NCBI GenBank assembly: GCA_964401865.1
Contig: CAYNZZ010000002.1
Coordinates: 60,001-92,000, forward strand
Direction of reading: 5' to 3'
Length of the DNA: 32,000 nt
Origin: an uncultured Erysipelotrichaceae bacterium
GTDB taxonomy: Bacteria > Bacillota_I > Bacilli_A > Erysipelotrichales > Erysipelotrichaceae
Under the pieces are notes generated by a model. The model was not told where the DNA came from and searched no databases. It saw only the letters and a list, made by a program, of their open reading frames with translations. Shown in pieces: positions 26,839 to 32,000 of this stretch (its first letter is position 1; every line of letters starts with the position of its first letter). The position numbers and the translations under genes were made by a program.

Positions 26839-27534
26839 ATGCAACAGTATTTTATAAATGAAGAATTAGATGTTGGCAAAAGATATACATTAGATAAAGA
26901 AATGTATCATCATTTAAAACATGTGTTAAGAAAAGATGATGGTACAAACTTTCGCATCGTTGATACAAAAAATGAAATTTTTCTTGCGGAATTATCTTCT
27001 AATGAGGCGATAATTTTGGATAGAATTATTGAAGACAGAGAATTAGACATTAATATTACAGTTATTATGTCACTGATTAAAAATGATAAGTTTGATTTTT
27101 GCCTTCAAAAGTTAACTGAATTAGGCGTTAAAAGAATTATTCCATATTCTGCGAATCGTTCAATAATTAAAATAAAAGATAAGGATTCTAAAATTCAAAG
27201 ATATAGAAAAATTGTTCAGGAAGCAAGCGAACAGTCTTTGCGATCAATGGTTCCGCTGATTGATGATATTATTGATTTTAATGATTTAAGTAAATATAAA
27301 TCAAAATACAATTATGTAGCTTATGAAAAAAATAATTGTATTTATATTCCGTATCAGGAAATCGATGACTCTATTACTATTATTATTGGTCCAGAGGGAG
27401 GTTTTGAAGAAAGCGAAATCAAAAAATTTGAAAGTGAAGGATTTAAACCTATTTCACTTGGCAAACGCATTTTGCGTGCTGAAACTGCAGCATTATATGT
27501 GGTTAGTAATATTGTAGGGGCAAATGAAAGATGA
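26839..27534 (+). CDS. rsmE: 16S rRNA (uracil1498-N3)-methyltransferase RsmE
   Basis: Typical N-terminus MQQYFINEEL and the SPOUT C-terminal motif IIGPEGGF...LGKRILRAETA. The start is moved from the ORF-track 26821 to the ATG at 26839. It precedes mtaB, as in B. subtilis yqeU-yqeV. Confidence 0.88.
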   Translation: MQQYFINEELDVGKRYTLDKEMYHHLKHVLRKDDGTNFRIVDTKNEIFLAELSSNEAIILDRIIEDRELDINITVIMSLIKNDKFDFCLQKLTELGVKRIIPYSANRSIIKIKDKDSKIQRYRKIVQEASEQSLRSMVPLIDDIIDFNDLSKYKSKYNYVAYEKNNCIYIPYQEIDDSITIIIGPEGGFEESEIKKFESEGFKPISLGKRILRAETAALYVVSNIVGANER

Positions 27535-28793
27535 AGACATATGCAATGATGGTTCTTGGATGTAAGGTAAATGATTTTGAATCTAATTATGTCAAAGAAC
27601 AAATGGATAAGGATTATTTGGAAGTAAGCTTTAAAGAAAGTGCTGATATTTATATTATTTTTACTTGCTGTGTTACAAATTTTGCTGAAGCGAAAACCCG
27701 CAAATTTATTCGTTCTTGTCGAAGAAAAAATAAGAATGCATATATTGTAGCTGTAGGTTGTTACGCTCAGGTAAAAAAAGATGAAGATGTATTTAAAGAT
27801 GTCGATTTAGTTATTGGTTCTAAACATAAAGATAAGATAAAAGAGTATATTGATAAAGCGATTAAAAAGAATGATGTTTCTACGCTTGATGATGTGCAAT
27901 TTGAATATCTCGATTTAAATAATTATCTTCGTAAGACCAGGGCTTTCTTGAAGATTCAAGATGGCTGCAATCAATTTTGCAGTTATTGCATCATTCCGTA
28001 TGCTAGAGGAAGACAGCGCAGTGGTGAAATGAATATTTTGGTTAAACAAGCATCTAAATTAGCTGAACATTCTAAGGAAATTGTTTTGACTGGTATTCAT
28101 ACTGGCAGATATTTTGATGGTAGTCATAATCTAGTAGATTTATTAAGAGAATTGGAAAAGATTGATAATTTAAAGACGATAAGACTTTCCTCGATTGAAA
28201 TTACTGAAATAAGTGATGATTTATTAGAATTTTTTAAATATTCTAAGAAGATGGCTCATCATTTGCATATCCCATTACAATCAGGAAGTGATCGCATATT
28301 GAATTTGATGAACAGGCCCTACACAACAAAGTGTTTTTATGATCGTGTAACTGAGATTAGAAAAGCCATTCCTCATATTAGTATTTCTACTGATTTGATT
28401 GTTGGCTTTCCGACAGAAAGCGATGAAGATTTTAAAGAAACAATGAGTTTTTTAAAGAAAATATCTTTCTCTTTTATTCATGTTTTTCCTTATTCTCGAA
28501 AAAAGGGTACTAAAGCCGATACATTTGATGGACATTTACCTAACGATATTAAAAAGAAAAGAGAAAAAGATGTTTTTGAATTAGAAAAAGAAATTACTCT
28601 AGATTATAAAAAATCTTGGTTAAATAAGTGCGCTTATGTTTTTATTGAACAGGTTAAAGAAGGTTATAGTTACGGTTATTCTAAAGAGTATTTATATACG
28701 AAAATAAATAAAGAATTAACAATCGGAAGCATCGTACAAGTTAATTTTTTAAGCATTGATGAAGATGCTATGGTGGGTGAAGTATGCTATTAA
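27531..28793 (+). CDS. mtaB: tRNA threonylcarbamoyladenosine methylthiotransferase MtaB (radical SAM)
   Basis: N-terminal UPF0004 domain (GCKVNDFES, FTCCVT), radical-SAM CNQFCSYC, and a C-terminal TRAM-like region. ATGA overlap with rsmE. Confidence 0.88.
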   Translation: MKTYAMMVLGCKVNDFESNYVKEQMDKDYLEVSFKESADIYIIFTCCVTNFAEAKTRKFIRSCRRKNKNAYIVAVGCYAQVKKDEDVFKDVDLVIGSKHKDKIKEYIDKAIKKNDVSTLDDVQFEYLDLNNYLRKTRAFLKIQDGCNQFCSYCIIPYARGRQRSGEMNILVKQASKLAEHSKEIVLTGIHTGRYFDGSHNLVDLLRELEKIDNLKTIRLSSIEITEISDDLLEFFKYSKKMAHHLHIPLQSGSDRILNLMNRPYTTKCFYDRVTEIRKAIPHISISTDLIVGFPTESDEDFKETMSFLKKISFSFIHVFPYSRKKGTKADTFDGHLPNDIKKKREKDVFELEKEITLDYKKSWLNKCAYVFIEQVKEGYSYGYSKEYLYTKINKELTIGSIVQVNFLSIDEDAMVGEVCY

Positions 28794-30250
28794 GTAGTTT
28801 CTTTAAAAATGCACCAGATATTGAGATAAGACAACTTTCTTGTGATAGTCGAATGCCAATGGAAGATTGCATCTTTTTCTGTGCTAAGGGCATCAAAGAT
28901 GATGGACATAATTTTGTTAAAGAAGCCATCTTCAACGGTGCTAAAGTAGTTGTCTATGAAAATGATATAGATACTTCTTTACCTTGCATATATATCAAAG
29001 TAAATGATGTTTTGGATGTGTTGAATGTCATTGCCTCTAAGTTTTATGGTCATCCTGGAAAAGCGATGGAGAACTTTGTGATGGCAGGAAGTTCAAATCG
29101 TAACTCAGTATCATTCATCATTAATCAGATTGTTAGCAATTACCGTAGTTGTGGTTATATTGGTTCTTTAGGTATTAACTTTGCTAATACAAAATTGATG
29201 TCTTCTGAACCGACTTTAACTATATTGGACAATCAGAGATATCTGTTGAAGATGAAAGAGAGTGGTGTTGAAGCTTGTGTATTTGAAGCTGACTATTTGG
29301 GCTTAGATTTAAAGAAAATAGATGCAATATATCCTAAATCTATTACTTATACCAATACTATATCTTCTGATTCTGATTATAAAAAGATGTATTATGATTA
29401 TGCCGAATCGATCGTTCGTTATATTAAAAATTTTGATACACCACTAGATATCATATTTAATTCTGATGACGAAACTTATGAAAGAATTAAAAAAGTATTA
29501 GATAACAGAATTGTTACATATAGTATTAGAGATGAGGGAGCTGACTATTATGCAACTAATATAACTATTGGCAGTAAGGAAACTTCTTTTACTTTAAGAT
29601 GTTTTCAAAATACATATCAGGTTACAACCAATCTCATTGGTATGCAGAGTGTCTATAGTTTATTAGCTGCAATTGCAACACTATCAACTAGAGGATATCC
29701 TATTAGTGAAATAGTTGCATATTGTCGAAATCTTCTTCCACCTGATGGTATTATGCAGAGAATAGACTGTGGTCAGAAATATGAAGTTGTAGTTGATTCG
29801 GCAAATACATATAACGATTTAACCAATGTATTAAAATTTGCCAGATCAGTCGTAGATGCTAAACATCGCATCGTTGTAATGGTTGGACTTAGTGCTTATA
29901 GTAGTGAGGAAAAACGTCAAAAATATGGAACACTATTAGATAAATATGCTGATTTAATTATTTTGACGGAAGATGATGCCCATGAAGAGTCAGTTTTTCA
30001 AATATCTAATGATATAATAGAAAGCATAAAGAATAAAGAAACAATTGTTATCGAAAATAGAGAGTTAGCTATTTACAGTGCTATTGAATTGTTGAATGAG
30101 AGAGATATGTTTCTATGTTTGGGCAAGGGAAATGAAAAGATTATTTATCGTTCATTAGGTAAAGAAGCATATGATGGCGATGTAGAAATTGTTAAAAAAT
30201 ACATAAAGAAAAGATTGGAGGAAGAAAATGGAATTATCGAAGTATATTGA
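28784..30250 (+). CDS. MurE-like Mur-ligase-family protein with degenerate catalytic motifs (probable pseudoenzyme)
   Basis: Colinear with MurE over its full length (N-terminal DSR...DGH..F...A...GA block, 488 aa). However, the P-loop GTNGKT is GSSNRN and the other catalytic motifs are also altered (see findings). Confidence 0.8.
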   Translation: MLLSSFFKNAPDIEIRQLSCDSRMPMEDCIFFCAKGIKDDGHNFVKEAIFNGAKVVVYENDIDTSLPCIYIKVNDVLDVLNVIASKFYGHPGKAMENFVMAGSSNRNSVSFIINQIVSNYRSCGYIGSLGINFANTKLMSSEPTLTILDNQRYLLKMKESGVEACVFEADYLGLDLKKIDAIYPKSITYTNTISSDSDYKKMYYDYAESIVRYIKNFDTPLDIIFNSDDETYERIKKVLDNRIVTYSIRDEGADYYATNITIGSKETSFTLRCFQNTYQVTTNLIGMQSVYSLLAAIATLSTRGYPISEIVAYCRNLLPPDGIMQRIDCGQKYEVVVDSANTYNDLTNVLKFARSVVDAKHRIVVMVGLSAYSSEEKRQKYGTLLDKYADLIILTEDDAHEESVFQISNDIIESIKNKETIVIENRELAIYSAIELLNERDMFLCLGKGNEKIIYRSLGKEAYDGDVEIVKKYIKKRLEEENGIIEVY

Positions 30251-30869
30251 TCACACAATGTTAAAGGCAGATGCAGGTATTGAAGCAATTAAGAAGTTAT
30301 GTAATGAAGCTATCGAATATGATTTTAAAACTGTTTGCGTAAATCCGAGTTATATTGAATTATGCAAAGAATTATTAAAGGATAGCGATGTTAAAGTATG
30401 CACAGTTATTGGTTTTCCGCTAGGACAAATGACCACAGAATCAAAAGTTTTTGAGGCTAGTGATGCACTTGAAAAGGGAGCTGATGAAATAGATATGGTT
30501 ATCAATATCGCAAAGTTAAAGGACAGAGATATTGGATATGTTACAAATGAAATCTCAGAAATTAAAAAAGCATGTGGCAGTCATACATTAAAAGTAATTA
30601 TTGAAACTTGTCTTTTAACCGATGAAGAGAAACGATTAGCGTGCCAATGTATAATTGAAGCTGGAGCAGACTTTGTCAAGACTTCTACCGGTTTTTCGAC
30701 TTCGGGAGCAACATTTAAAGATGTTGAACTATTAAAACAATGTGTTGGGGATTCATGCTTGGTAAAAGCGGCTGGCGGAGTTAAAACACATGACGATATG
30801 CTAAAAATGATTGAACTCGGTGCAAATCGTATTGGTACATCGTCTGGTGTTAAATTAATGGAAAAATAG
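30228..30869 (+). CDS. deoC: deoxyribose-phosphate aldolase
   Basis: DERA motifs: IDHTMLK, VCVNP, Schiff-base Lys in DFVKTSTGF, KAAGGV. GGAGG SD. Confidence 0.93.
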   Translation: MELSKYIDHTMLKADAGIEAIKKLCNEAIEYDFKTVCVNPSYIELCKELLKDSDVKVCTVIGFPLGQMTTESKVFEASDALEKGADEIDMVINIAKLKDRDIGYVTNEISEIKKACGSHTLKVIIETCLLTDEEKRLACQCIIEAGADFVKTSTGFSTSGATFKDVELLKQCVGDSCLVKAAGGVKTHDDMLKMIELGANRIGTSSGVKLMEK

Positions 30870-30920
30870 TCTTTCTTGTATCTTTTGCTAACGCTTTTTC
30901 AAATAAAAATTAGTTTTAAG

Positions 30921-30949
30921 TTGTATTTGTTCAAAGAGTTTTATATAAT
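30921..30949 (+). promoter_or_regulatory. sigma-A promoter TTGTAT-17 nt-TATAAT for rpsU
   Basis: TTGTAT 30921-30926, a 17-nt spacer, TATAAT 30944-30949, about 30 nt before the rpsU start. Confidence 0.55.
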
Positions 30950-30979
30950 TATAAAGGATTATTTAAAGGGGGTGTTATC

Positions 30980-31159
30980 GTGGCAAAGGTAATCGTTAAA
31001 GAAAACGAGGCATTAGATGATGCTTTACGTCGTTTCAAAAGACAAGTTTCTCGTAATGGCACTCTCGTAGAAGCTCGTAAACGCGAATATTATGTTAAAC
31101 CTGGTGTTCGTCGTAAACTAAAATCAGAAGCAGCTAGAAAAGCTAGAAGAGGAAAATAG
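30980..31159 (+). CDS. rpsU: 30S ribosomal protein S21 (GTG start; absent from the ORF track)
   Basis: GTG at 30980 follows AAAGGGGG and encodes (M)[58 protein letters not shown], canonical S21 (59 aa). Confidence 0.93.
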   Translation: MAKVIVKENEALDDALRRFKRQVSRNGTLVEARKREYYVKPGVRRKLKSEAARKARRGK

Positions 31160-31182
31160 TAAAGTTTATCTTTACTATTTTT
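31157..31182 (+). terminator. terminator after rpsU
   Basis: TAGTAAAG-tttat-CTTTACTA followed by TTTTT. The left arm includes the stop codon. Confidence 0.7.
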
Positions 31183-31199
31183 ATTATATGGAGGTTTTT

Positions 31200-32000
31200 A
31201 TGCCTAATCAAAAATATATTATTAATGGTAATGAGATGGATAAAATTCCATCACTGCTAGGTGTTCAAGATAAAAATTTAAAACTTTTAAAGAAGTTGTA
31301 TCAAACCGATATAACTTATCGCGATAACTATTTCTTTTTCTGCTCTGAAAATAAAGAAGATTTTGAAAAATTTAAAAAGCACATCAATCTTTTATTTGAT
31401 TGTATCAATCAAAACGATGAAATAAATGAAGACAAAATCGCAATTATATATCATTCCTTGAATAAGGATGATGTAGATAGCAAGCATTATAAAGTAATAA
31501 TTTATGATTCAAATAATAATCCAGTCATTGCAAGAAACAACAATCAAGCAAGTTTGATAAAATCAATAGAAAATCATGACTTGGTCTTTTCTATTGGTCC
31601 AGCCGGAACTGGGAAAACATATCTATCGGTTGCTATGGCGGTCAATGCTTTAAAAAAACGTGAGGTTGAAAAGATTGTTCTTACAAGACCAGCAGTAGAA
31701 GCGGGAGAGAAAATTGGTTTTTTACCTGGCGATATTAAAGACAAAATCGATCCTTATTTAATGCCTTTATATGACTCATTAAGCGATCTATTAGGATATC
31801 AACAGTTTATAAAATTATTAGAACGCAATGTTATTGAAATTATACCTTTAGCTTTCATGCGAGGAAGAACATTCAATAATGCGTTTATCATTTTAGATGA
31901 AGCACAGAATACGACCGAATCACAAATGTTGATGTTTCTTACCAGACTTGGTAAGAAATCAAAAATGGTTGTTAATGGCGATATTACTCAGATAGATTAT
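31200..32000 (+). CDS. phoH: PhoH-like ATPase (3' end beyond the window)
   Basis: ATG at 31200 after TGGAGG. Walker [28 protein letters not shown], Walker B/DEAQN (ILDEAQNT). The frame is open to the window edge. Confidence 0.9.
   Translation, partial: MPNQKYIINGNEMDKIPSLLGVQDKNLKLLKKLYQTDITYRDNYFFFCSENKEDFEKFKKHINLLFDCINQNDEINEDKIAIIYHSLNKDDVDSKHYKVIIYDSNNNPVIARNNNQASLIKSIENHDLVFSIGPAGTGKTYLSVAMAVNALKKREVEKIVLTRPAVEAGEKIGFLPGDIKDKIDPYLMPLYDSLSDLLGYQQFIKLLERNVIEIIPLAFMRGRTFNNAFIILDEAQNTTESQMLMFLTRLGKKSKMVVNGDITQIDY

Noticed and set aside
1-32000. Possibility of Mollicutes genetic code 4 (TGA = Trp), given the very low GC and the gene content
   Set aside because: TGA closes several well-delimited genes exactly where homologues end and where the next gene starts (sufS/sufU, priA/rsmB, prkC/rsgA, rsmE/mtaB, abi). 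Conserved Trp positions use TGG. Reading through TGA would produce nonsensical extensions.
1-32000. Search for CRISPR arrays, tRNA/rRNA genes, IS elements and a tRNA-type integration target at the island ends
   Set aside because: I saw no regularly spaced repeats, cloverleaf-like GC-rich segments, transposase ORFs or terminal inverted repeats. The att-like repeat lies in an intergenic spacer, not in a tRNA/tmRNA gene.

Overview
AT-rich (roughly 30% GC by eye) chromosomal segment of a low-GC Gram-positive-type bacterium (Bacillota, possibly Erysipelotrichia- or Mollicutes-related; the taxon cannot be fixed from sequence alone). Standard code 11 is used: TGA terminates sufS, priA, prkC, rsmE and the abi gene, and Trp is TGG. 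The backbone is ordinary housekeeping: sufC-sufD-sufS-sufU-sufB, priA-rsmB, rlmN-prpC-prkC-rsgA-rpe, rpmB, ftsA-ftsZ, a YcdX-like PHP phosphatase, a CNNM/CorC-type membrane protein, rsmE-mtaB-(murE-like)-deoC, rpsU and phoH (3' partial). Two accessory patches interrupt it. (i) At 4.9-6.4 kb there is a decaying flavodoxin-like gene plus an AdhR-like MerR regulator. (ii) At 9.84-16.87 kb a ~7 kb integrated-element remnant sits in the normally contiguous rsmB|rlmN junction, bounded by 24/25-nt direct repeats. It contains only a 49-codon tyrosine-recombinase 3' relic, an uninterrupted 1855-codon ORF with no credible start site, and a convergent HEPN-type Abi gene. The giant ORF looks like a phage/ICE 'polyvalent protein'. 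The Abi gene (Abi_2, AbiD/F-like) has its own consensus promoter and is bracketed by two copies of the same terminator hairpin. This island is the best candidate here for an undescribed system. Other points of interest are a MurE homologue with every catalytic motif degenerate, a TATAAT-N6-ATG (leaderless-type) arrangement at three SD-less genes, and a diverged ghost copy of the rlmN promoter/5' end beside the rsmB stop. No rRNA, tRNA, CRISPR array or IS element was recognised.
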